Assembly (NCBI GenBank): GCA_965261345.1
Contig: OZ253449.1
Span: 2,329,549-2,393,548 of the forward strand
Length of the DNA stretch: 64,000 nt
Direction of reading: 5' to 3'
Origin: Chloroflexota bacterium
GTDB taxonomy: Bacteria; Chloroflexota; UBA11872; VXNJ01
Part shown: positions 34,478 to 45,158 of the stretch, in pieces
Numbering within the stretch: the stretch's first letter is position 1
Layout: each line of letters begins with the position of its first letter
Notes under the pieces: model-generated
The model's database searches: none
What the model was told of the DNA's origin: nothing
What the model saw: the letters and a program-made list of their open reading frames with translations, nothing else
Position numbers and translations under genes: made by a program

Positions 34478-35005
34478 TGGGTGAGTGACCTTTTCGCAAT
34501 GACGGATCGGGCCCGGCCGGGTATGTCGGCACCGCTCTTCTCTACCGATTCCAATTCATCCACCCACTGTTACCTGCTAAAGGAGGCGTTTCCGCATCGC
34601 CACGTGAGGGATGTCCGTTGATGATGGCCATCAGAGATCGGACAGAGACGGACATCAGTTAGTGGATAGGCAAGTGACGATGTCAATAGACTTTGCCGCT
34701 CAAACTGTCCAGCGAACAGAAGCTAGTGGCCACCCACACCCGCGGACTTAAACGTCAGTTAGAGGGGCCCGCATGGGTTCTGCAGCAGACCCCTATATAG
34801 ACATAGGTTCTCTTCTGGAATTAAGCGACGTTTGAGTAATGTCACCCGGGCCGAAGCGAAGTCTTAATTCAGCAGGGGGCTGTTACTAGTTTGCTGCGTG
34901 CTGATCAATTGCCGACGGAGCCAAGCCGTCTGGCGACCGAGCCGCCGCAGAACCGGATACGCCGCGAGGGGGCCATCATCCGGCAAGAATTAGGCGAGCC
35001 CGTTC

Positions 35006-35056
35006 ACTGACATTTTTGCTGGACCGTTGGACTGACAAAGTCGCCGAGCAACGACA
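35006..35056. mobile_element. Orphan IS1202-like terminus
   Basis: ACTGACATTTTTGCTGG...ACTGACAAAGTCGCCGAGCAACGACA resembles 33287-33338 (ACTGACATTTTCCTTG...ACTGACGGAATCGCTGAGCAATAACA). Confidence 0.6.
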
Positions 35057-35786
35057 CGGAAGTGGGGATTTTCATTTCGCCGGGATTTCTGATTGGACTA
35101 AATATTCAATTAACTGTTGGCTATGCACAAGGGGTAACCGGAGTTGCCCGAAGCGGTGGTCGACTGCGAAACGATCCGATCGGCCGATCTTAATGCGAAT
35201 GGTACCCGAGCGCAATGGCATCAACGGAAGCGTTAAGGCATTGCGCTCATTGGTCGACTGGACTCGGTCTCCGGATTTCGAATCTGTAGCGGAATTGGGT
35301 TTCGCCCGATAGTTGTAACTTGCCGTTTAACGCCCTACTGCGTGGAGACAATAACCTAAGCCTGCCCATTGTGGTCCCGGCCTTGAAATGCCCTCCCTAG
35401 GCCGCTTTCGGGTTACCAAACCCTCTGGTAGTAAACGGTCTGACCGGGGCCGCATTGACCGCAAGGCGGCAGTCGATCACTGTCGTCGTCGAGGGTTACT
35501 TGCCATGTGGTGCACGTAGTGCAGCGATAAGTGCCTTTGCCAGGTTTTGATCCAATGGGGTACAAATGAGTCCTCCAAGATGAATATTGGGTAACAAATA
35601 AATGTCACGTTTGGGTGCTAACGCCGTCGCATCTAAAACGGAATCCGCGTTCGCTCTGCGCTTCAGTCCTCCTTCTTTGGCCGCGGTGGTGAAAACGGAT
35701 TGGCAGTGAGTGCGATTGCGTTAACATGATAATAGCACGGGCACGTGGCGACTTTGAAATTGGGCACGGTCTAGTGAGGGTGGAAA

Positions 35787-36383
35787 GTGCAAATATCAAC
35801 CATTGCCGATATTAAGCCAGGATTGTCAACGTCTGGAAGGGCGGCAGGCAGCCGCCGTGGCGACTGGGAGCTCCGCATCGTAGAAAGCGCCGACATAGTT
35901 GAGGACTGTTTGCAACTCAGCGGGCTCCGCAAAATAATGGTCGTGCGCAGCACGCGGGCCGAAAAGCACCTCCTTAAGCCATTTGACTTGCTCGTAACTG
36001 CACGCTCCCCGGCGGTAAAGGTCGCATTGGTCCCGCCTGGCGTAACTCGGACTGTCGCGTCATCGACTTTGCTCGTCCTGCGCACTCCTGACCCGGGTTC
36101 CGGATTGGCGCACTTCCTCTGGTTCTACCTCTCATCGACGCACGGTCGGGCTCAGATAGCGGCCAGATTCACGAAAACATTTTTGCCGGCGCTATCGGCG
36201 AAAGCGCTCGGTGAATTGAGAATTCGGTTGCCTGGGCTCATTGAACTTCAACGCTTGGCCGACCTGATTGATGCGGCCGAAATCTCGCGCATTACAGCAA
36301 TTGAGGCCGCGCGCATCAGACATGGCGTGATTCGCGATGCTGTCATCGGCGCGATCACGGCGCCGGCCTATGAAAGGTGTTAA
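35787..36383 (+). CDS. Half-size HsdS-like protein (single TRD plus helix)
   Basis: ISTIADIKPG...LLKPFDLLVTAR...VASSTLLVLR...FLWFYLSS...LGELRIRLPGLIELQRLADL; stop lies 2 nt before hsdM. Confidence 0.7.
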   Translation: MQISTIADIKPGLSTSGRAAGSRRGDWELRIVESADIVEDCLQLSGLRKIMVVRSTRAEKHLLKPFDLLVTARSPAVKVALVPPGVTRTVASSTLLVLRTPDPGSGLAHFLWFYLSSTHGRAQIAARFTKTFLPALSAKALGELRIRLPGLIELQRLADLIDAAEISRITAIEAARIRHGVIRDAVIGAITAPAYERC

Positions 36384-36385
36384 CC

Positions 36386-37918
36386 ATGCCGCTTGAAAAC
36401 AAGGAATTGGAATCAAAACTCTGGGGAGCCGCCGACATCCTCAGAGGCCAGATCGACTCCAGCGACTACAAAAACTACATCTTCTCGATGCTTTTCTTAA
36501 AGCGGCTTAGCGACCGCTTCACCGAGGAGGTCGAGCGTGCCGTCGCCGACGGCCAGCCCCGTCAAGTGGCCTTGCTCGACCCCGATGAGCACGAGTTCTA
36601 CGTTCCACCCGAAGCCCGTTGGAGTGAGATCGTCAGTCAGGCGATGAACCTCGGCGAGGTCGTCAACCGAGCCAGCGCCGAAATCGAGGAAGCCAACGCA
36701 CCCCGGCTCGACGGCGTCCTGCGTAACACGAACTGGAATGACGAGTCCAAACTCGGCAACCCTATCAGTCGCGACCGAATAATCAGTAGACTACTGCGGC
36801 ATTTCGATGCCCTTGACTTGAGCGACGCGAACCTGACAAGTGAGGGTGCCCACGGCGCCGTCAACGTATTGGGCGATGCCTATGAGTACCTAATTAACAA
36901 ATTTGCCGATGATGCCGGCAAGAAGGGCGGCGAGTTTTACACTCCCCGATCGGTAGTTGGTTTGATCGTGGAACTGCTGGAACCAACCGAAGGCATGCGC
37001 ATATGCGATCCCACCGCCGGGTCTGCGGGCATGCTTATTTACGCAGCTCAGTACGTCGCCAAGCAAGGCGGCAATTCGCGGAATCTGGTGCTGCACGGTC
37101 AAGAACGCAACCTCGGAACGCTCGCCATCGGCAAGCTGAACCTGTTGTTGCACAGTCTGCGCTCCGCCCGTTTCGAGGGCGGTGATGTCATCTTGGACCC
37201 GCAGTTACGGGACCAGGACGGTCGCCTGTTTTCCTATGACCGCGTCATCGCCAATCCGCCCTTCAGCCTAAAGGAGTGGGGGCGCGATTTTGCCCCCAAC
37301 GACCCCCATCACCGTTTCGACCGTTTCGGCGCGATTCCGCCGAAAACCAGGGGAGACCTCGCATTCCTCCAGCACATGCTCGCTGTTACCAACGCGGATG
37401 GGATGGTAGGAGTGGTGATGCCGCACGGCATCCTCTTTAGAGTTGGTACAGAGGGCACGATCCGCAAGGGCATCGTCCAGGCCGACCTGTTTGAGGCAGT
37501 CATCGGGTTAGCGCCCAATCTTTTCTATGGCGCCAGCATCCCTGTCGCCGTCTGCATCCTCAACAAAAGCAAACCCCCCGAGCGGCGTGGGAAGGTCCTA
37601 TTCATCGACGCTGCTCAACCAGATTACTTCCGCTCGGGCAAGGCGCAGAACCACCTTGATCAGGCACACGTGGCGAGCATCGTCGAGGCGTTTCGCACCT
37701 TTAAAGAAATCGAGCGCTTTGCGCATGTGGCGGACCTCGCGGAGATCGCCGCCAACGACCACAACCTGAACATCAGTCGCTATGTCGACACCACCGAGCC
37801 GGTCGAGGTCATAAGCGTCAAGGACGCACTGGCGCAGCTCCGCGAGGCGGAGCGGAAGCGTGACGAGGCGGCTGCCCACATGGACGAGTTGCTTGCGGAG
37901 CTGGGCTATGGCCGGTAG
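36386..37918 (+). CDS. hsdM: Type I R-M methyltransferase subunit
   Basis: LWGAADILRG, GKKGGEFYTP, motif I DPTAGSAG, motif IV NPPF and NLNISRY. Confidence 0.95.
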   Translation: MPLENKELESKLWGAADILRGQIDSSDYKNYIFSMLFLKRLSDRFTEEVERAVADGQPRQVALLDPDEHEFYVPPEARWSEIVSQAMNLGEVVNRASAEIEEANAPRLDGVLRNTNWNDESKLGNPISRDRIISRLLRHFDALDLSDANLTSEGAHGAVNVLGDAYEYLINKFADDAGKKGGEFYTPRSVVGLIVELLEPTEGMRICDPTAGSAGMLIYAAQYVAKQGGNSRNLVLHGQERNLGTLAIGKLNLLLHSLRSARFEGGDVILDPQLRDQDGRLFSYDRVIANPPFSLKEWGRDFAPNDPHHRFDRFGAIPPKTRGDLAFLQHMLAVTNADGMVGVVMPHGILFRVGTEGTIRKGIVQADLFEAVIGLAPNLFYGASIPVAVCILNKSKPPERRGKVLFIDAAQPDYFRSGKAQNHLDQAHVASIVEAFRTFKEIERFAHVADLAEIAANDHNLNISRYVDTTEPVEVISVKDALAQLREAERKRDEAAAHMDELLAELGYGR

Positions 37919-38377
37919 CGAGGGCATGGCCCTCCCCGCCGGTTGGGAAATCGTACGTTTGGGGGATGTGGCAGAGGTGGTGATGGGTCAGTCTCCGCCA
38001 GGGGAAGCAGTACTTGATTGGGACGGTGAATCTACCGAGGATGATGGGCTACCGTTTATTCAGGGCAATGCTGAATTTGGAAGTAAATCTCCCCAACCGC
38101 TGAAATGGTGCGTCGATCCATCGAAAGTAGTTGACTCCGCCGACTTGTTGATCAGTGTGAGGGCGCCCGTGGGTCAAACAAATCGAGCTGATCAGCTACT
38201 CGCCATTGGCCGGGGCCTTGCCGGAATCCGATTCACCGGCGCGTATCAACCCTTCGGTTGGCATGTCCTTAACCATGCCAAACGAGATTTTGAACGTGTT
38301 GCTCAGGGAAGCACATTCGGGGCGATAGGCGGCACGGAACTTCGATCTCTTTCGCTGGCACTTCCACCCCTACCTGA

Positions 38378-39601
38378 TGACGTGGACCCTTCTATTGGTA
38401 CCAGGACGAATGTGATTAATCTGGTTCCATAAGAAAGGGACATTCATGGCGAAAAGAAAGTACTCGCCCGAACAGATCATTCACAAGCTCCGCTCGATTG
38501 AGCTGGTTGTCGCGCAAGGCAAGACCGTGTTCGAGGCCTGCCGCGAGGTGGGCATCAACCCCCAGACCTATTACCGCTGGCGCTCCCGCTACGGCGGCAT
38601 GACCATCAGCGAAGCCAAGGAGAACAAGCGCCTGCGCGAGGAGAACACCCGCCTCAAGCAGGCCGTGGCCGATCTGACTCTGGACGTACAGATCTTGAAA
38701 GAGGCGGCCTCGGGAAATTGGTAAGCCCGGAGCGCCGACGTCGATGCGTCAAGCACATTCGGGCTAAATACAAAACATCAGAAAGAAGAACCTGTCAGGT
38801 ATTGGGGCAGCCGCGGCGGACCCAGCGCTATGTGCCCAGACCCGATCCCGAAAACGACAATCTCACCGCCGAGATAAAGACCCTCTCCCTGCGTCATCCA
38901 CGCTACGGCTACAAGCGCATCACCGCGCTGCTTAAGAGCTCAGGCTGGAATGTCAACCGCAAGCGGGTGCTGCGCATCTGGCGCCGGGAGGGCCTTAAGA
39001 TCCCCGTTCGGCAGATCAAGCGCTCCCGCCTCTGGCTGGATGGGGAGCGCAGCATCCGACTGCGGTCCCTTCATCGCAACCACGTCTGGGCTTATGACTT
39101 CGCCTATGCGAGAACCGACGATGGCCGACCACTGCGGATCTTAGTCGTCGTTGATGAATTCACGCGCGAGGCGCTCTCGCTAACGGTCAACCGCACCTTC
39201 ACTTCCAGGGACGTCATCGGGGTCATCTCAGGCCTCATGCTCACCCATGGCATCCCTGGTCACATCCGCTCTGACAACGGACCCGAATTCACCGCCAGGG
39301 CAATAAGGAACTGGTTATCGCAGAACGCAATTAAGACCTCCTACATCAAGCCGGGGGCGCCCTGGGAGAATGGCTATGCTGAGAGCTTCATCGGCAAGCT
39401 CCGCGACGAGCTGCTGGACCGGGAGATATTTTTCAATCTGGCCGAAGCCAAGGTGCTAATGGATGGCTATCGGCGGGAATACAATACCGTCCGGCCGCAC
39501 AGCGCCCTTAGCTACCGGCCGCCAATTCAACCGATCTTAAGATCGGTTGAAACCCAAGCAAATGTCGCATGAAGCTTGGTACCAAGAATGGGTACCCGTC
39601 A
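38378..39601 (+). mobile_element. IS3-family (IS407-like) element, 1224 bp, copy 1
   Basis: TG...CA ends with imperfect IRs (TGACGTGGACCCTTCTATTGGTACCA / TGGTACCAAGAATGGGTACCCGTCA) and a 4-bp TSD CTGA. Confidence 0.96.
38446..39572 (+). CDS. IS3 transposase OrfA (38446-38724) and OrfB (to 39572), probable -1 programmed frameshift
   Basis: HTH OrfA; OrfB with VWAYDF, VVDEFTRE, SDNGPEF and WENGYAESF. Slippery heptamer G GGA AAT at 38712-38718. Confidence 0.92.
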
Positions 39602-40378
39602 CTGAGCAACGCGCTATCGCTTCCGTGCTTGACTCCATCGACAAGGCCATCGAGTGCACTGAGGATGTCATCGCCGCAACTGAGCGGCTGCGCGAGTCCC
39701 TGCTCCACGAGTTGCTCGCGCGTGGCCTCCCTGGTTGGCGCACAGAATGGCGCGAGGTTCCGGGGTTTGGGCCCGTCCCTGACGGCTGGAAGGTCGTACG
39801 GTTGGGAGATGTCGCAGAAGTTGTAGGAGGCGGAACGCCATCTCGGGCCAAGTTTGAGTACTGGGGTGGTGATACACCGTGGGTTGTACCATCGGAAATC
39901 ACGGCATTGTCTGGACGTTATTTGTCTACAACGCGTGAGTCAATTTCGGTATATGGGTCTAGGGCCGCTCGCCTACGAATGATTCCCGCCGGCTCAGTCC
40001 TCCTTACCAGCAGGGCGACTATTGGCGCAACGGCGATCAACACGGTTCCTGTTGCCACCAATCAGGGTTTTCAGAGTCTGATTCCTGGCGATAAGATTTC
40101 CGGACTATGGCTCTATTACGTCGCAACCTCCTTGAAACGGGAGTTGGAAAAAAGGGCCGCGGGGAGCACATTTCGTGAGGTTTCTCGTGAGAGCGTCCGC
40201 TCAATTCGCATCGCCCTTCCATCGCGAGTTGAACAGAAGGCAATTGCGGCGGTGTTGGGTAGCGTGGACGCCACGATCGAAGAAGCGCAGGAGAAATTAA
40301 GAAAGCTGAATTTGTTAAAAATTTCGGCGGCCGAATCGCTCTTAGCAGGGCGGATTCGGTGCAGTATCAAGGACAAAA

Positions 40379-41311
40379 TTGGACAACAATAAAACGATTG
40401 AAATTCGCGCAAGCGATTTGCCAATTGCCCTGTATCTGAATCAACGGGTGACCTTTGACCTGCTCGCCGTCATGGAGGGTGGTTTCGCGCGCGTGACGAC
40501 AGTTCAGGAATCGTCGTCACGCGCAAAGCACTCCGGTGTCGAAGGGAGCGTTGGGCTCGGCACTAGCAATCCATTCGCCTTTCTCGGGTTCACATTCGGG
40601 GCACAGGGACACCGTGACACGGCGACCGCTTCTGGCGGTGTGACAACCGAGGAACTTGTTCACACTCCAACATCATTGTTCGCCAGACTTCGCCAGGAAC
40701 TGATGCGCAGGGGTCTTGTCAGGACAATTGAAAATGAGAGCGCTGACTTTGATACAGTCGCGCCTGGGGAATTTGTCGAGTTTCGAGCGGTATTACGCCG
40801 GTCGCCGTTAGTCGATGTTCTCGATACGTTTCAGCAGTTCGTCCCGATGATGGCCGTTTTCGACGGCGCTAAAGATTCGCCGCGAAAAGGCGGCCGGAAA
40901 CAGCGGGGCGATAGGAGGAAAAATCTAGATCGAACCGCACAGATGCTCCAGCAGATCGCGGCAATTCGCGACGCTGTTTCCGCGGATGGGTCCCAGGACC
41001 TTATTGCGGAGTGTGGCGTGAATCGATTTGTCTTGGCTACGGAAGAGGCATTCTTCGTCGATCCATCAATGAACGATGTCATTGATGGCACCTTCCGAGT
41101 ATTCGGAAAAATCACGCGGGTTGTGCCTAAAAATGCCCCTGAGGGGATAAGCCTTTTCCGCAAGTCCGCTATCGGCAACTTTGGAGGCATTGTTTCGGAG
41201 TTGGGCTCGTCCCTCGCCTCGCTCGGAGACGTAGGTTTCACTGGTCAGAAAGTCGAGACGCAGATACCTGCACCGACCCTCCAGGTGATCCCGATCGGAA
41301 TCTTCGCCTAA
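40379..41311 (+). CDS. DUF6414-like hypothetical protein inserted between hsdS and hsdR
   Basis: 310-aa ORF with YLNQRVTFDLLAVMEGGF...VHTPTSLF...FRVFGKIT...PIGIF. Overlaps the hsdS stop and ends 5 nt before hsdR. Family call from memory. Confidence 0.65.
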   Translation: MDNNKTIEIRASDLPIALYLNQRVTFDLLAVMEGGFARVTTVQESSSRAKHSGVEGSVGLGTSNPFAFLGFTFGAQGHRDTATASGGVTTEELVHTPTSLFARLRQELMRRGLVRTIENESADFDTVAPGEFVEFRAVLRRSPLVDVLDTFQQFVPMMAVFDGAKDSPRKGGRKQRGDRRKNLDRTAQMLQQIAAIRDAVSADGSQDLIAECGVNRFVLATEEAFFVDPSMNDVIDGTFRVFGKITRVVPKNAPEGISLFRKSAIGNFGGIVSELGSSLASLGDVGFTGQKVETQIPAPTLQVIPIGIFA

Positions 41312-41316
41312 CCCCC

Positions 41317-44300
41317 TTGACCTCCCCAGCCAAGCTCAACGAGCTCACCCTCGCTGAAAAACCCGCGCGCCAGTTGTTGGAGCGCCTCGGTTGGACCTAC
41401 ATAGACCGCGAGACGCTGGCGGCGGAGCGCGACGACGAACGAAACGTGTTCCTCTACGAGCGGTTGACGTCTGCGCTCATGCGCCTCAACGAGTGGATGA
41501 CCAAGGACCAGGCGCAGCGCGTCATCTTCAATCTCCAGCACTTGAATGGAATTGGGCTCGCGCGCAACCAGGCCATCCACACCTATCTCTCTCACGGCAT
41601 GCCGCTCACTGTCGACCGTGGCGGCCGGCAGGAGACGCCCACCGTTCGGTTCTTCGATTTCGACCACCCGGAACCGGGAGTCGGACTCAATGAATACGTG
41701 GTTACCACGCAGTTCCGTGTGCGGCGCAGCACCGAGCGCGGCGCCCCGCGAACCAGCGAGGACGACTCCCGCGTCGTCAAGCCAGACATTGTGCTGTTCG
41801 TGAACGGCATCCCCCTCGTGGTGCTGGAGGCGAAGTCACCTACGCTGTTTGACGTGTGGAAACAACAAGCCGTCAAGCAGTTGCACCGCTACCAGGAGGC
41901 CGAATCGGAATGGCACGGCACCGGCGCCCCCGAGCTTTTTGAGACGAACCTCATGTGCGTCGCACTCTGCGGCGCCGATGCTGCATTCGGCTCCCTCGGC
42001 GCGCCCGAGAACACCTACGCCGGCTGGAAGTCGATCGACCCGTTCACGGAGATGGAATTCGAGCGTCGCTTCGGCACACCACCCCAGGGCCAGGCGCGGC
42101 TCATCACGGGGCTGCTAAATCCGACGACGCTCCTCGATATCCTGCGTGACTTTGTTATCTTCGAGCACGAGCGCGGGCGGCTGGTGAAGAAGCTGCCCCG
42201 CTACCAGCAGTACCGCGCGGTTCGCCACGCCCTCGACCGGATCCTCAGAGGCCGCACACCACAGGAAAGAGGAGGCGTCGTGTGGCACACGCAGGGTTCG
42301 GGCAAATCGCTCACCATGCTCTGGCTGACGATCAAGCTGCGCCGCTCACCTTCCCTCCGAAATCCCACCATCGTCGTCGTTACCGATCGGGTTCAACTCG
42401 ACCGCCAGATCACGGCCACCTTCCAGAAAACATCCATTGTCGAACCGGAGCGTGCGACCAGCACTCGGCGCCTCCGCGCATTGCTCGGCACGAACAACGG
42501 ACGGACGATCATGACGACCATCCAGAAGTTCGAGGATGTGCTGAATCTTCCTGCCGGTGCGAATTCTCACACCAACGCTGCAGATAACATCATCGTCATG
42601 GTCGACGAGGCGCATCGGACGCAGTACGGCCGTCTGGCGGCGAAGATGCGAAGGGCTATGCCCCAGGCGACGTTCGTCGGCTTCACGGGCACTCCCGTAG
42701 ACAAGGGTTTCAAGCGAACCACGCTTCGCGTTTTCGGCGAGGTTATCGATTCGTACAGCATTCCGCAGTCGGTAGAGGACGGCGCCACTGTAGCCATCCA
42801 CTACGAAGCCCGCCTCCCTGAGCTGCACGTGGATGGTCCCGACACACTCGACCGGCTTTTCGAGGCACTCTTTGGCGATGAGCCAGAAGAGATTCGCACG
42901 GCGATCCGTCGCCGCTATGCCAACAAGGAGCGGATAGCAGAAGCGGCCAAACGAATCGAAGTGATCGCGCTTGACATCTCCGAGCATTTCAAGGCAAAGG
43001 TCCAGCCGAACGGTTTCAAGGCGCAAGTTGTTGTACCCAGTCGCGCCGCGGCGATCAGCTACGCGGAGCACCTTAACGTCTTCGGCCTGGCCGCTTATCC
43101 GGTGATCTCCACTTCCCACGACGATGGAATAGAGTTCGAATCGGCCCGTCAACTAAACACGGACACAATCATCGAGGACTTCATTGATCCCGACGGGGAA
43201 CCTCAGATCCTGGTCGTAGTCGACAGGCTCATCACTGGCTTTGATGCGCCCGTTGAGCAGGTCCTCTACCTTGATCGCTCGATCCGCGAGCATACGCTGC
43301 TACAGACGATTGCGCGTGTTAATCGGCGCTTCTCCCACATGAAGAATGGCGTCCCGACCGAGAAGCGCTACGGCCTTGTCGTCGACTACCACGGCGTCTC
43401 TCGGGAACTTGAGAGCGCCCTCGCCATCTTCGACGACTACGACCTCGAGCAGACGCTCACTGAATTGCCCGAGGATCCTGGTCCCGTAATTCAGGCTGCT
43501 GCCGATAGGGCCGAAGCGCACTTCCGCGGGTCGGACCTTGACGACCGTTGGGCGTGCGTGAACCACTTCGCCCCTGATGTCACGACTGAGGGCGACTACA
43601 AGGCCGATGCCTACGAGCGCTTCGACCGCGACTACCGGGACTTTTCCATGTTGATGGACCGCTTCCTGCCCGACCCTGCGGCGCTTGCGTACCTCGACCG
43701 GTTGCGCAGGCTCACCGTCATTCGGTCGTATGCGCGAGCCCAATTCCTGCGCGAGAACGCCGACATCGACTGGACGGCCGTTGGGGCGAAGGTGAAGCGG
43801 CTCCTCGACTCACGTATCGACGCGAGCGTACGCGTGCTCATGACGCCGGTATCCATCCTCGACCAAGATTTCGAACAGAAGATCGGGCGCCTTCCCCACG
43901 ACGAGGCGCGTGCGTCACTGATGGAACACGCGCTCAAAGCGCAGATCAATGAGCGAGTCGAAGAGAATCCTGCCTTTTATGAGCGGCTCTCCGAGGCACT
44001 AGAACGAATCATTCGAGAACTCCGCGCCCGCGTAATTGACGCCGCCGAGGGTTGCAAGAAAATGGCGGCCCTTCGAGCCGAGATATCGCGCGAAGAGGCC
44101 ATTGCAATCGCCCACGGCCTTACGCCCGTGTCATTCGCCGTTTACGGCCTCCTCATCGGGAAGACTTCGAGGGGTGGTAGCCAAACTGACAGCATTTGTG
44201 AGCTGGCAGAAGACGTGGAGCCCGGAGGCGGGCTGAAGGACGCGGCCCGCGACATCGAAGCGGTCATCCAGAATCATCGCTCAATCATCGATTGGCGGGA

Positions 44301-44433
44301 GAACTTGGACGTGCAGCGAGAGATGCGACGCGACATCAAGCGGCTCCTCCGAGAAACCAAGATTTGTGATGAGGACGAGCTCGATGAGCTTGTACGTCAG
44401 GTGGTCGAGGTGGGCAGGAGACGACTCACATGA
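41317..44433 (+). CDS. hsdR: Type I R-M restriction subunit
   Basis: PDIVLFVNGIPLVVLEAK nuclease motif, HTQGSGKS Walker A, DEAH, FTGTP, LITGFDAP and QTIARVNR. Confidence 0.95.
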   Translation: MTSPAKLNELTLAEKPARQLLERLGWTYIDRETLAAERDDERNVFLYERLTSALMRLNEWMTKDQAQRVIFNLQHLNGIGLARNQAIHTYLSHGMPLTVDRGGRQETPTVRFFDFDHPEPGVGLNEYVVTTQFRVRRSTERGAPRTSEDDSRVVKPDIVLFVNGIPLVVLEAKSPTLFDVWKQQAVKQLHRYQEAESEWHGTGAPELFETNLMCVALCGADAAFGSLGAPENTYAGWKSIDPFTEMEFERRFGTPPQGQARLITGLLNPTTLLDILRDFVIFEHERGRLVKKLPRYQQYRAVRHALDRILRGRTPQERGGVVWHTQGSGKSLTMLWLTIKLRRSPSLRNPTIVVVTDRVQLDRQITATFQKTSIVEPERATSTRRLRALLGTNNGRTIMTTIQKFEDVLNLPAGANSHTNAADNIIVMVDEAHRTQYGRLAAKMRRAMPQATFVGFTGTPVDKGFKRTTLRVFGEVIDSYSIPQSVEDGATVAIHYEARLPELHVDGPDTLDRLFEALFGDEPEEIRTAIRRRYANKERIAEAAKRIEVIALDISEHFKAKVQPNGFKAQVVVPSRAAAISYAEHLNVFGLAAYPVISTSHDDGIEFESARQLNTDTIIEDFIDPDGEPQILVVVDRLITGFDAPVEQVLYLDRSIREHTLLQTIARVNRRFSHMKNGVPTEKRYGLVVDYHGVSRELESALAIFDDYDLEQTLTELPEDPGPVIQAAADRAEAHFRGSDLDDRWACVNHFAPDVTTEGDYKADAYERFDRDYRDFSMLMDRFLPDPAALAYLDRLRRLTVIRSYARAQFLRENADIDWTAVGAKVKRLLDSRIDASVRVLMTPVSILDQDFEQKIGRLPHDEARASLMEHALKAQINERVEENPAFYERLSEALERIIRELRARVIDAAEGCKKMAALRAEISREEAIAIAHGLTPVSFAVYGLLIGKTSRGGSQTDSICELAEDVEPGGGLKDAARDIEAVIQNHRSIIDWRENLDVQREMRRDIKRLLRETKICDEDELDELVRQVVEVGRRRLT

Positions 44434-45158
44434 GTGAGCATGGCGAAGTAAGTTTCGGCGGTGCGGTCGTCCGGTACGAGGTCGTCCGGAGTCCCAGGCG
44501 CCACAAAACTATTGAGATCACAGTGGACAAGCCCGGATTGGTGAGAGTTGCCGCGCCTCAGGGCACCCCTGCCGAACAGCTCGAGGCCACGGTCTTAAGT
44601 CGAGCGGGTTGGATAATCCGCCACGATGGCGCTGCGTCGGCCGCCCTTCCGCCGCGAAGGTTTGTGAGCGGCGAGTCTCTCCCCTATCTCGGGCGATCCG
44701 TGAACCTCACTGTTCTCCCCACTGACGACGAAGCGGTCGTGGTCAGTTTCAATCATTGGAAATTTGATGTCTATTCCCCGGGCTCACTCCGGGACGCCGG
44801 GCGTCGAGAGAAGATCCGTGCCGCGTTTGAAGAATGGTACCGCGACCGTGCAGGACTGAAGCTGCCTCCCCGAGTCGATCGCATCGCAGGCCTCCTCGGC
44901 GTTTACCCGAAAGAGATTCTCATACGGAACCAGCGTCGTCGTTGGGCGAGTTGCGGCCCGGACGGAACGCTTAGGTTCAACTGGCGAATTATTATGGCGC
45001 CGCCCTCTCTCCTCGACTACGTCGTTGCCCACGAACTCGCTCACCTCCGCGTACGTGACCACACTCCCGAGTACTGGGCCGTGGTAGCTCAGGCGGTGCC
45101 GGACTACCGCCTTCGCCGTGAGCGACTTCGGGAGGCGGGTCCCCTCTTCAATATTTGA
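44430..45158 (+). CDS. M48/YgjP-like (DUF45) metallopeptidase commonly downstream of hsdR
   Basis: FVSGESLPYLGR, RWASC, FNWRII and DYVVAHELAHL...HTPEYW; ATGA overlap with hsdR. Confidence 0.88.
   Translation: MSEHGEVSFGGAVVRYEVVRSPRRHKTIEITVDKPGLVRVAAPQGTPAEQLEATVLSRAGWIIRHDGAASAALPPRRFVSGESLPYLGRSVNLTVLPTDDEAVVVSFNHWKFDVYSPGSLRDAGRREKIRAAFEEWYRDRAGLKLPPRVDRIAGLLGVYPKEILIRNQRRRWASCGPDGTLRFNWRIIMAPPSLLDYVVAHELAHLRVRDHTPEYWAVVAQAVPDYRLRRERLREAGPLFNI

Larger units (their letters stand above)
37908..40392 (+). pseudogene. hsdS: Type I specificity subunit split by IS3 (37908-38377 and 39606-40392)
   Basis: Removing the IS and one CTGA restores ...LPPLPEQRAIASVL... and an uninterrupted 418-aa two-TRD HsdS (GQSP-type TRD1, GGTPS-type TRD2). 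Confidence 0.93.

Noticed and set aside
37940-39830. Similar segments at ~37945 and ~39787 as invertible or shuffling sites
   Set aside because: These are the usual internally repeated conserved HsdS regions (GW..VRLGDVAEV) in direct orientation, and no recombinase is nearby.
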